DNA of 39,820 nucleotides from Cyanophora paradoxa CCMP329 (lineage: Eukaryota > Plantae > Glaucophyta). Below the pieces are notes generated by a model, which made no database searches, was not told the DNA's origin, and saw nothing but the letters and a program-made list of their open reading frames with translations. Within the stretch, counting starts at the first letter, position 1; each line of letters begins with the position of its first letter. The stretch is from assembly GCA_004431415.1 (NCBI GenBank), contig QPMI01000383.1, positions 1 to 39,820 of the forward strand. Reading direction: 5' to 3'. Of this stretch, positions 1 to 11,048 are shown in pieces. The position numbers were made by a program, and so were the translations under genes.

Positions 1-86
1 GCACAGCTGAGTACGGCACACCTTAGCTACTCTCTATCGATAGCGTACCCGTCGGTGCGAAAAAGAAGGAGCGCGCCGCGCCTCGA

Positions 87-3000
87 ATGGAGGCCTTCAC
101 GGCGGAGCTCCTGCCGCTGGGAAGATGGAGGCCGCGCGGAGGGGTTCGCGCATCGCCAGTCGCGCTGCACCGTCGTTCGCTAACTCTGCGCCCTCGCAGC
201 CTGAAATTGTTCAAAGACGTCGTCGATGGTCGAGGTCGGTCGCCTCCTACGCCCCGACCATCGCGCATCGCCGTGCTAAGCGCTGCGCCGACAGAGACCG
301 CGGACGCGAAGAAGCGGGCCATCTACGAGCTCGTCCTACAGGCGATGCGTAACGCGATCCCACACGCGAAGGCCGCCGCCTTCCTGGCCGAGCTGAAGGC
401 CGGAATGGATGAGGTGCCCTCGCTCGCCGCACGGTCGAACGCCCACCTACATGACGCCCCGGTTCGACAGGCGCAAGGCAAGGCCTTCGCCTCCGTCCTC
501 GTCGACGTGATCTGGCTTGCATGTGCGCCCCGCAGGCGGCCGTCAGCATAGCTAGGCTGACTCGTGCTTCCGCAGCGGTCGAGGCGGAGCTCATTGAGGA
601 GTACAGGCAGCGGCTGGCTCCGCTCGTGCGGGACCTGATGGTGCGCCTTGCTCGCCGCGGGCGCGGGCGGTCGCCGCGCGTGTGGGTGAGCCCGCCCCGC
701 AGCAGGCGGGCACGGTGAGCGCCCAGATGCTGGTGGAGCGCATTGAGGACGAGAACTTCCTGCATCTCTGCAACGCGATCACCGACGTCAAGCGTCACAA
801 GGAGAAGGCGAGCGCGCCGCGCCCGCGCGCGGCGCGTGCACGACGTGCGACCGTGCGGCGCAGGTGATCAAGACGCGCACGAAGATGCTCTACACGCAGC
901 AGAAGTACAATCTGATGCGCGAGGAGACGGAGGGCTACTCGAAGCTCGTGACGGAGGTGAACCAGGCGGGCCTCACGGCCGCCAACGCCCCGTCGTCCTG
1001 AAGCGCGCCCCCGCCCCGCACCGCCCCGCCCCTCACCCGGCGCTCGCTGCGCGCAGAACGTGCAAAGTCTGATCGGCTACTTCGATCTGGACCGAACCGC
1101 GTGGCCGACATCGTGCTGGATGCGTACGAGGCGAACCTCGCGTGCGCCCCTCCGCCCGCGCTTCGTCCGGCTCCCTCTCGTGGCCGGGCCTCACGCGGCA
1201 CAGCTCGACCGCGTACCCGGTCCTGCTGAAGGCGCTCTGCAAGCGGCGTACTGCCCCACCTCCTCGGCTTCAAGTTCCAGTCGCCGCCGACACCCGCGCC
1301 TCGGGAGGGAGTTGCGTGCCAGCGCCATCGCGCAGTTCTACCAGCGGCAGGCCGCGGCGCGTCGCTGGCCACGGCCACGGGTCCCTTCGTCGGGTCCGAG
1401 GCGCCGGCGGAGGGCGCGGCGGCGGCGGCCCCGCGGCGGCGCCGGCGGGGGCGGCGGGGGCGCCGGCGGCGACGCCGCAGCGGCTGTATCGGCTGGCGGG
1501 GCTCCTGATCCGGCAGACTGGTGACGGTGGACGAGCTGTACCGCACCTGGCGCCGGACGACGCGACGGCGCGGCGCGAGTACGACGAGCTGCACAAGCGC
1601 TCCTCGAGGCGGCCAAGAAGATCGGCTCCGTCAACCTCGCCGCACGCCAACGCCCGGACGGGCCCGACGCCGACAAGGACAAGAAGCCCGACGGAAGAAG
1701 CCGGCGGCGCCGGCCGCGCGGGGGGAGAAGGGCGGCGCGGCGGCGGCGGCGGCGGCGAAGGCGGAGCAACTGGCGAACATGTCGCTGGAGGAGCTGCAGC
1801 GGCGGCGGCGCAGAAGGCCGGGGAGAACCAGAAGCTGGGCTCATCGTGGGCCTCCTGGAGGTCCGCCACTGGTCGGCCGCCGAGGCGCTCTGCGGCGCTG
1901 GCGCACCTGGACCCGCGGCGCACCCGCCCATCCACGCGCCCTCTGCACCATCGTCGCCCACTGCGTGGACCCCATCTACCGCCTCACTCCCCGACCCGCC
2001 TCATCGCCGCCGCCGCCGCGCCCCTCCCGCCCGCCCCTCCCGATGCCCGCCCCGCCGCCCCGGCCCCGGCCGCCCCGGCCCGGCGGCGGCGGCGCGGCGG
2101 AGGCGCTGCCGGAGCTGCCGTGGAGGAGGACGTGAAGCCGGTGTGGCGCTGCAGAACCTGCCCCGCCTCTTCCCCGTGCTCGCGCACCTCGGGCTCTACC
2201 TCCACGCCGACCCCGTCCTCCACGCCAAGATCCCCGCCTCCTCAAGGCCTACGTCGTCAAGTGCGGGAGCGACCCCAAGGCCCAGGAGGAGGTCGAGGGT
2301 GCGCCGCCCCTCTGGCCGCCGCGCGGGCGGCGGGGGCGGGGCCGAGGCCGAGGCGGGGCGGGCAGGGATGGCGGCCGGAGCCTCTTCCCGGCGCTGGCGA
2401 TGGTGAGCGAGGTGCCGTTCGTGGCGTACGAGACGTGGAGGTCGTGCGCTACCTGCCCCACGTCGTCCGCTTCCGCATGTACGGCACCGTCAAGCGCGAG
2501 ATGTACGAGCGCTCGGCGCGGCTCGCCGTCGTGCGCGCCAGGCGATCGTGGAGATGAAGAAGCACCTGCGGCGCATCTCGAAGGAGAAGGAGATCCTCAG
2601 CAGATGGCCCGCAAGGTCGTGAAGGCGACGCTCGCGAACCCGCTGCCGACCCTCGAGGTGGCCCTGGACCAGCTGCAGGCCTACGACAACCTCATCCAGA
2701 TGTTCGTCGACGTCTTCAAGCAGTTCACCCCGCTCCAGTTCGACTGCCTCGGCTGTCCGCGCCCCCCGCCCCCCCGCCCCCCCGCCCGGGCCGGCCTTTC
2801 TCACCGGCGGCGGGGCGCAGACCTGATCGTGGAGCACCTGTGCAAGGACCGGGAGCGGATCAAGCGGGACGGGACGAACACGGCGCTCTGGCTGGCGGGC
2901 TGGCGACCTTCGCGGGCTGCTGTGCCGCAAGTACCCGGCTCGGTGGAGGTGCAGGCGCTGGTGCAGTACGTGATCAACCAGCTCAAGGAGGACAACCACG

Positions 3001-6000
3001 TGGAGCTGGTGCTGCTCCGCGAGCTCGTCGGCAAGATGTCGGGGGTGGAGCCGAGCGAGGACCTGCGGGACGACCAGGCGGACGCGCAGGCCGGCGGGGA
3101 GACGCTGCGGGCCGAGACGGCCATGAACCTCGTCAAGGCCAACTACAAGAAGTCGTGCACGAAGCTGCGGGACGTGCTCCTCGGCTCCGGGGCGGCCTTC
3201 CCGCTGCTGGCGCTCATCGGCCAGCAGCGCCGCGCCGTCGTCGAGCTCATGGGCGGCGACTCCGAGTTCCCCCTCAAGGCCCGCCCGCCCCCGTTCCCCT
3301 CCCTCCCCGCCCGGCCCCTCCGCCGAGCGCCGCGCAGATGGTGGGCGACTCGTTCGACAAGATCCACGAGACGCTCATCCAGTACGTCGAGTTCCTCCAG
3401 GTGCCCCCCAACCCCCGCTCCCAGAGAGCCCGGCGCGCCCTCGCGTGACCGCGCCGGCGGGCGGGGCGGGGCAGACGAACGTGCCGGCGGAGCAGTACGC
3501 GAAGCTGCTGCCGTCGATGCAGGAGCTCTGCGTCAAGTACCAGCTGGAGCCGGAGGTCGTCTGGCACATCGCCCGCCCCGCCCTCCCCTACCTCCCCGGC
3601 GAGGAGGGCGCCCCGGCCCCGGCCCCGGCCCCGGGCGCCCAGGAGCTCGTCCCCGCGCACGTCGTCCGCGCCATCCGCCACATGGCCCCCGTCCACGACG
3701 TGCGCCCCCGGCCCCCCGCCCCTCCCCGGCCCCGCTGGCCCCCGCCGATGCCGGGGGGGCAGGCGGTGGGCCGGAAGGTCTTCGCGGCGGAGCTGTACGC
3801 CGCCTTCTGGTCCCTCTCCCTCTACGACATATACGTGCCCAAGGCGCGCTACGAGGCGGAGATCGCCAAGTGCCGCGAGCAGCTGCGCGTCCTGGACGAC
3901 CCGCGCGAGCGCGAGAAGGACCGCACCGAGCTCGAGCGCTCCGACCGCAAGAAGAAGCGCGAGCGGGCCCAGGCGCGCCAGCACCCCACGCCGCGCCCTG
4001 TCCTGTTCCGCGCTGATCCTCCACCCTGGCAGGGCGTGCTGGAGAAGCTGGAGGCGGAGCTGGCGGCGCACGAGAAGCACCACGCCGCCGTCAAGGACAA
4101 GTTCGAGCGCGCCAAGGACACCTTCCTCCGTGCGGCCCCGGCCTTCGCGCCCGAGGGTAGCTTTAGCCCACTGACGGCCCGAGCAGCGCGCTACCACAAG
4201 GATTTCATCATGTCCTTCCTCCAGCTCTGCATCTTCCCCCGCTCCGCCTACTCCCTCCTCGACGCCTCCTACTGCATGAAGGCGCCCCCGGCCCCGCCCC
4301 GTCCCCTCCCCTGCCCTCTGAGCCGCGCCGCGCCGGGCCGCAGTTCGTGCTGCTGCTGCACTTCTCCTCGGCCAAGTGCTTCTCCACCCTCGCCTTCTTC
4401 CAGAAGGCGCGCCGCCCGCCCCAGCTCCCCCGCCGGCCCCGCCCCGGCCGCCTGACGCCGGGGGGCGGGCAGAGCATCTCGGTGATGCGGGACCACATCT
4501 TCTCCTGCACCGAGAAGGAGGCCTCCCGCGTCGGTGCCCCGCCCCTTGCCTCGCCTTCTGCGCTCCGTCGCCCCGCGCCGACACACGCGCCGCCTCAGGC
4601 AAGTTCATGGCGGAGCTCATCGGGGTGTGGCAGCAGTGGACGGCGAACCAGGCGGCCTTCGACAAGTCCTGCGCCGCCTACCCGGGCTTCTCCACCAACT
4701 TCGGGGACCTCTCCGCCAAGCGCGCCTCGTACAACCAGTTCCAGGGCGTCGTCGACAAGTGGTACGGCAAGCTCGTCGACGCCTTCAAGAGCCTCCTCGA
4801 GAGCAAGGAGTTCATGGAGCGCCGCAACGCCCTCCTCATCCTCTCCCGGGCCGCCCCGCCCTGCCGCCCCCGCCGCCCCGCCCGCGGGCGCCGGCTCGCG
4901 CTGAGCCGCCCCTCGGCGCGCAGCTGGCGCAGGCGAAGATCTTCCCGCCGGTGCGGCGGCCCGGCATGGAGAAGGCCGCCCGCGAGATCGAGGCCCTCGT
5001 CTCCAAGTGCCCCGCCCCCGCCCCCGCCCCGCCCCGCCGGCCGCCGACCCCGCGCCGCAGGATGAAGGAGGAGGAGACGCGCGAGGACATCAAGGCCCTC
5101 GCCGCCCGGTGCGCCTTGCCGTGCGCGGGGAGGGGCCGCGCTGAGGCCGCCCCGCCCCCGCAGCTACCACGGCATGCTCGTCGCCATGCTCCCCAAGAAG
5201 CCGGCCGCCCCGGGGGCGCCGCCGCCGCCGCCGCCGGCCCCGCCGCCGCGCCTCGCCCCGCCCCGCCGCCGGTCCCGCGCCGGCCCCCGCTGCGGTCCGC
5301 TTTCCCCTGGCGCCGCAAGGAGCGAGCTGACAGCGCGACAGGCGAAGCCGCGCGCTGAGGCACCCGTGGGGCCTCGGGAGCTGGCGGGGCGGGAGCCGGC
5401 GCGCCGCCTCCGGCACGCGGGCCCGGCGGCGCCGTCGCCGCTGCGGCGGCCGCCGCGGCCGCGGACGCGCGGGGGCGACCAAGCCGGGGCAGGCCCAGCC
5501 GCCGCCGCCGGCGCGCGACGGGCCGCGGCAGCGGGAGGGCCAGAGCCTGAACCCCAACGCGCCCGACTTCGTGCCCAGCGGGGCCCCGCGGTGCGCGCTG
5601 CTGCCGGTTCGGGCGCCGCTGCGTCGCTCACGGACCGCGTAGGAGGGGAAGGGCGCCCCGCCGGAGCCGAGGCGCGCCCGCGCCGGCCGACCGCAACAGG
5701 GACGGAGACCGCGATCCGCCCGCCCCGCAGGCCGCCCCGGCCGCCGCCGAGCGCGGCGGACGGCGGAGGGCGGCGCCGCCGCGGGCGCCGCTGCCTCCGG
5801 CCCTCGGGCGCGCTGCCGCCGCGGGGGGGCAGCGGGAGGCGGCGGCGGCGAAGGAGGGGGCGGGGACGGGGCGGCCACGGCGGCGCCCGCTCGGGAGGCG
5901 CGCGAGGCGCGGGACGGGAAGCGCGGCGGCGCCGACGCCGAGCCGGTCGACGACAATGGTCCCGGTACCCCCCCCCCCCCCCGCCCCGCCTCCCGCCCGC

Positions 6001-7170
6001 CTCCAGAGGGCGCGCGCTGACGGTCGGGCCGGCAGCCTCGAAGCGGCGGCGGGCGGCCGGCTCGGCGCCGAGCTCGCAGCCGGTGTCGGGACGGCGACGC
6101 CCTCGGACGACCGCGGCGCCCGCCCCGGCCCGCTCCATCTCGCCCCCGCCCGGCCGCCCCCCGGCGCCCTCCCCCGGCTGCGGCCCGCAACGAGCGCGAG
6201 CGGGAGCGCGAGCGGGAGCGGGAGCGCGAGCGCGAGCGCGAGCGGGAACGGGACGCGAAGGACAAGGGCGGCGAGCGGAAGCGGGAGCGCGAGGAGCCGC
6301 CGCCGCCGCCCGAGGCGGCGCCCAAGCGCCGCCGGGACGAGGAGGAGGGTGCGCGCGCCCCGCCCCGCCCGCCCGGGCCCCGCGCGCTCGCTCGGCGGGG
6401 CGGCTGAGGGGCGGCCCGGGCAGAGGCGGCGGCGCGGAGGGCGCGGGCGTCGAGCCGCGAGGTCTCCCGCGAGGCCCGCGACCGCGACCGCGACCGCGAG
6501 CGCGACAAGGAGCGGGAGCGGGAGCGCGAGAAGGAGGAGCGGGAGAAGCGGGAGCGGGAGAAGGAGGAGGAGCGGGAGCGGGAGGCCAAGGGGCGCGACA
6601 AGGAGCGCCCCGGGCGGGAGGAGAAGAAGGAGGAGAAGAAGGAGGAGGGGCGGGAGGAGAAGGCGGCCGCCCCGCCCCGCCGCGTCGTCAAGATCGCCAA
6701 GGGCTCCTCCCACAAGGACGCCCCCGCCGCCTCGGGGCCCGCCCCGCCCCCGGAGGCCGCCCCCTCCACCTCCGTCCCCACCCCGCCCTCGGCCTCGGGG
6801 CGCGCCCCGTCCCCGCGCGAGGGCCGCGACAAGGAGAAGGAGAAGGAGCGGGACGGCCGCGAGAAGGACCGCAAGGAGGAGAAGGGTGCGCCCCCGCCCC
6901 ACGCCCGCTTCGGTGCGCGCCTCACGGCCCGCGCGCAGCGGAGCGCAAGCGGGACAAGGAGGAGAAGAAGGAGAAGGAGAAGGACAAGGACGACGAGGAG
7001 AAGAAGGAGAAGCGGCGCGACAAGGAGAAGGAGAAGGACAAGGAGAAGGAGTGCGTCGCCGCCGCGCCCCCGGGCGCCCCGCCGCCGCCCGCCGCCGCCC
7101 GCCGCCCCTCACCCCGTCCCCGCCCGCGCGCCGCAGGCCGTCATCCGAGAAGCGGCGGCGCGGCAAGTGA
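87..7170 (+). CDS. THOC2: THO complex subunit 2 (Tho2/THOC2), multi-exon, with several apparent 1-nt deletions
   Basis: Spliced peptides match conserved THOC2 segments: KMLYTQQKYNLMREETEGYSKLVTEVN (864-965), QSLIGYFDLD(P)NRVADIVLDAYE (1057-1130), LANPLPTLEVALDQLQAYDNLIQMFVDVFKQFTPLQFD, FWSLSLYDIYVPKARYEAEI, FLQLCIFPRSAYSLLDASYC, LLESKEFMERRNALLILS, REDIKALA. It ends in a long K/E/R/D-rich tail with TGA at 7168-7170. Start codon and some exon borders are approximate. Confidence 0.93.
6190..7050 (+). repeat. Coding low-complexity charged repeats (RE/RD/KE) in the THOC2 C-terminal tail
   Basis: Runs of GAGCGG/GAGCGC, GACCGC and GAGAAG/GACAAG hexamers. Confidence 0.8.
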
Positions 7171-7293
7171 GCGGGCGGCGCGGAGCTCGAGCCCCGCGCA
7201 CTCGCGCACCCCTCGCCGCTCGCACCGCGCCAGCGGAGCCGAGTGTCGAATTGTCCAAAAAGACTAGAGTACACGCGCGCTGGGGCCGGGGGG

Positions 7294-10200
7294 CTAGACG
7301 AAGATGTCGGACCAGGAGCGGGCGACGGGGCGGTCCTCGCGCAGCTCGAAGCGCCACTCGCCGTCCGCACCGCGCGCCCGCGCGAAGAGGTCCCCCGACG
7401 AGGCCGTCCCCAGCGCCGGCGAGCGGGCCCAGCCCGCCCCGGCCGCTGCGTCGCCCGCTGCGTCGGCGAGCCGGCGCCGGGGCCGGGCCCCCGGCTCGGG
7501 CTGGACGGCTGGCCGGGCGCGTGCCCCTGGGAGAGGTCCGCGGAGGAGAGGGGCTGCCAGGCGCGGGGCCGGGCGATGGGAGGCGGGCGACGCGGGGGCG
7601 GGCGGGGCGAGGGGCGGCGGGGCACGTCGGCCCCGGAGCTCTCCAGGCCGGACTCGCTGCTGCTGCCCTCCTCGCCGTCCTCGTCGTCCGAGCGCAGCCG
7701 GTGCTTCTCGGGGAGAGGGCCGGAAGGCCTCCGCCAGGGCCGACACCCGCGCCCGGCCCTCCTCCTCCCGGTCCCCCGCTCCCCCGCCGCCCGGGCCCCC
7801 CCGCCACGCTCCCCCGCCGCAGCGCGGACGCGCTCCCCGGCCTCGAAGCGGCGGCGCTCCCGGGCCGCGAGGCGGACGCGCTCCCTGGGCGGGATGCGGC
7901 AGCGCTGTGGGGCCGGAGCGGCGAGGCGCTCTGGGGCCGGGACGGGGAGGAGGCGGCGGCGCTCGGGGGCCGGGCGGCGGCATCGGCTCCCCGACGCGCG
8001 CCCGCACGCCGCCCGCAGCGTCGCCAGGCACCGCGGCTGCCGGGGGCGGGGCGTCAGGGGCGGCGCGGGCGGGCCGGGGCGCGGGGCGCGGGCCTGGTTG
8101 CTGTTGAAGAACTCGGCGGTGCGGGCCTCCACCCCGGGGTCCCCCTTGGCGTCGAACTGCGCGGGGCCCCCGCCTCACGCGCCGGAAAGACGGCTCGAGC
8201 GGGCTCTGTCGGGCGGGGGCGGGCCTGGTAGACGAGGAAGATGTCGACGGTCTGCGCGCGCGTCGCGATGCCGTAGCCCATGCGCAGCACCTGCCGCCGG
8301 GGGGCGGTGGGAGGGGGGCCGGGGGCGGGCGGCCGGGGCGGGGCGGGCCTCGGAGCGGATGGAGCCGTCCTGCGGGCGCGGGCACTTCTCGTGCTGGACG
8401 CTCTGGCAGGCGACGATCCAGCCGGCGCGGGTGCGCTGGCGGGACCAGAGGAGGCAGAGGTCGCGCGGGGCGGGGTCCAGCTCCGGGGAGACGACCCGCA
8501 GGTGCTCCACCTGCCGCGGGGCCCCCGAGGGTCGCGGGGCGCGCGGGCCGGCCCCGGGCCCCGTGCGCCGGGCTCCCGGACCTTGACGTCGGGGCTGATC
8601 GTTTCGTCGATGACCGCCCCGCCCAGCAGCATCCGGTCCCACCTGCCCGGCGTCGGGGCGGGGCGGGCGGGGCGCGGGGGGCGCTGGGCGGGGGGCCCGC
8701 ACGAGAGGCGGGAGGGGAGGTGCCAGACGAGGGCCGCCACGAGGTCGGGGTCCGCCCCCCGCACCGCCACGTGCGCCCGCACGATCTCCGGCTCTGCCCC
8801 CCGCCCCCCCGCCCCGCCTCGCCAACCACGCCCGCCCCGGCGGGGAAGAGCGGAGGAAGGAGAGGGCGGGCACCGCCGGGGAGCTCGGGGCGGCGCCAGA
8901 AGGTGCGGACGTGGCCGCGCCAGGAGGAGAAGCGCCAGCCGTGCTCGAGCAGCAGCAGCCGCTGCACCTCCGTCCGGATCGAGCGCGCCGCGCCAAGGTA
9001 GTACGACTGCGCCCCCGGGGGCCCCCCGCCCCGCCGTCAGGCCGGCCCGCCCCCCGCTGGCCCGGGCGGCGGGGCGGGCCACGGGTGCGTAGAAGAAGCC
9101 GCCGTGGGCGGTGGTGCGCCGCTGCGCCTCCTCCGCCTCCCGCTGCATCTCCTGCAGCTCCTGCGAGGGGAGGGTTCAGAGGCGCCAAGGGGGCGGGGCG
9201 CTCGCGCGCGCGCTCGCTCGCCTGGGTGGTGACGCGGCGCTTGCGGCAGAACCAGGCGAGGGCCCTGCGCCCCCGGGTCGCCGCGGGCGGGCGGGCGGGC
9301 GAGTGACGGGCGCCGGCGGGGCGCACGAGTCGCCCTGCGGCACGTCGATCTTGACCATCGTCCCAGAGAGCGTCCACTGCGGCGGGGCTCGCGCGGGGCG
9401 GGGCGGCGGCGGGGGGGGGGGCGGCGGACGGCGTGGAGGGCGGGCCCCGGGGAGAGGGGGAACTTGAGGCCGACGAGGAAGAGGCCCTCCTCCGTCAGCC
9501 CCTCGAACGTCAGCTGCCCCGGCGTCACGGGCCGGGCCGGGCCGGGGCGGGCCGGGGGGGGGCAGGGGGGGGCGCCTGGGAGCCGAAGGCGGTGCGGAAG
9601 CGGAGCTCGACGAGGGTCCGCACGTGCGCGTAGTCCCGCTTCAGGAAGCCCAGCGGGGCGCCCACCACCTGGCCCCTCGCCCTCGCCCCTCAGCGCCCGC
9701 CCCCCCGCCGCCCCCGCCCCGCCCCGGCGCGGCCGCGCGCCTTCAGCACGTCGTCTTGGCTCCAGATGCGCTCCGACGGGAGCTCTGCCGCCCCTTAAGC
9801 GTGAGCCGCCGCCCTCGCGGCGTGGCGGGGCGGGGCGGGGCGGGGCGCGCCGACGAAGCGGACGGGGGCGGGCTTGGTGGGGGACCCCGGGGCGGCCCGC
9901 CTCCCCGCCTGCGCAGCGCGGCTCGCGATCGGCAATGGGGCGGGGGAGGGACGGGGCGGGGCGGACCTGGACGGCGCCGAAGATGGCGACGCAGAGCTTA
10001 AACTCCTCGACGGGGGCCCGCCCCGTGCGGCTCTCGAAGGCGCTCGGGTCGGAGCGCTGCGCGGCGGTGGGCCAGCGGCGGCGGCGGCGGAGAGCTGAGC
10101 GCGGCTCAGCTCGGAAGGGGCACCTTGGAGTGGATGGCGACCTTGGAGCGGACGTGGTCGTACTGAACGCGCGTCTGCTGGAGCGGCAGGTCCGCGAGCA

Positions 10201-10674
10201 GCGGGCACCGCTTGCTCCACTCCGCCATCAGCTCCTCGTTCGTCTCCGGCGGCGGCTCCGGCAGCCCGATCGAAAGCTTGCTGATGTCGGGAACCACCGG
10301 ACGTTGCCACAGAGGGAGAGGGAGGTATCCTACCGGCGGGACGTCTGCGGGGCTCACACAGAGCGGCGCCGCGCGCAGGCGCACCCGCGCGCTGGGGAAG
10401 AGACGCCTCGCCGCCGAAGGGCCCCGCGCGCTGCAGCTGCGCGTGAGAAGCGCAGCGAGGACCTAGCCGGGATTGAGCAGCAGAGCGCCCGCACTGTCTC
10501 GACGCGGCCCTTGCTGAGCAGTTGCTTCAGGATGCGCTTCTCATCGCTCTTTGTGACCGGCGACAGCTCGCCCCGCGAGGCCTGGCCTCGCCGCTGCGCG
10601 AGGCACGTTAGAGTTGCGGGGGCGCGGTCGCTCCTGCGAGAGTGGGGACGCACGGGCGAGGGGGAGCTCGCCAT
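7294..10674 (-). CDS. START (lipid-binding, SRPBCC fold) domain protein with unrecognised N-terminal half and low-complexity tail
   Basis: Spliced ~8960-8100 reads GWRFSSWRGHVRTF..PEIVRAHVAVRGADPDLVAALVWHLPSRLSWDRML..PRDLCLLWSRQRTRAGWIVACQSVQHEKCPRPQDGSIRSEVLRMGYGI. This follows the START pattern (R..WD, PRDF-like, SV.H..P...G.VR). ATG at 10674; stop taken from the ORF ending ...WSDIFV. Confidence 0.72.
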
Positions 10675-11048
10675 AGACGCAGGCACTGCGCCCTAGAACA
10701 TAGCTACGGGCCCGGCGCCGCCAGCGGCGCTTGCGGGTGCGGAAGGCTGTCAGCGGCGCATTGCTCTAGTCTGGCAGTCAAAGCTTTAGCTGAGCGCGTG
10801 GATCTCCTACGCCGCGACGCTGACAGTTCGCTGCGCTCAACGTTGCCCAGCGCGCCGAAGATGTAAGTTCAAGCGTACCCCCGGCAGCCGCGACGGCTTG
10901 ATGGCTTGGCTAGCCGTTCAAGCCGCCGCGCAGTGCATCTAATCTTCCGTGCTTGACGCCAAGCGCAAAGAGACTGCATACGCCGAAGCAAACCGCTGCA
11001 AAATTACAAGGAAGGAAACACTGAGGGACAGAATTCGAAAAAGGGGGC

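Noticed and set aside
5090-8586. Very long overlapping ORFs (600-830 aa) on both strands
   Set aside because: Arg/Pro/Gly/Ala-rich shadow frames caused by high GC. The real coding is explained by spliced THOC2 and the START gene.
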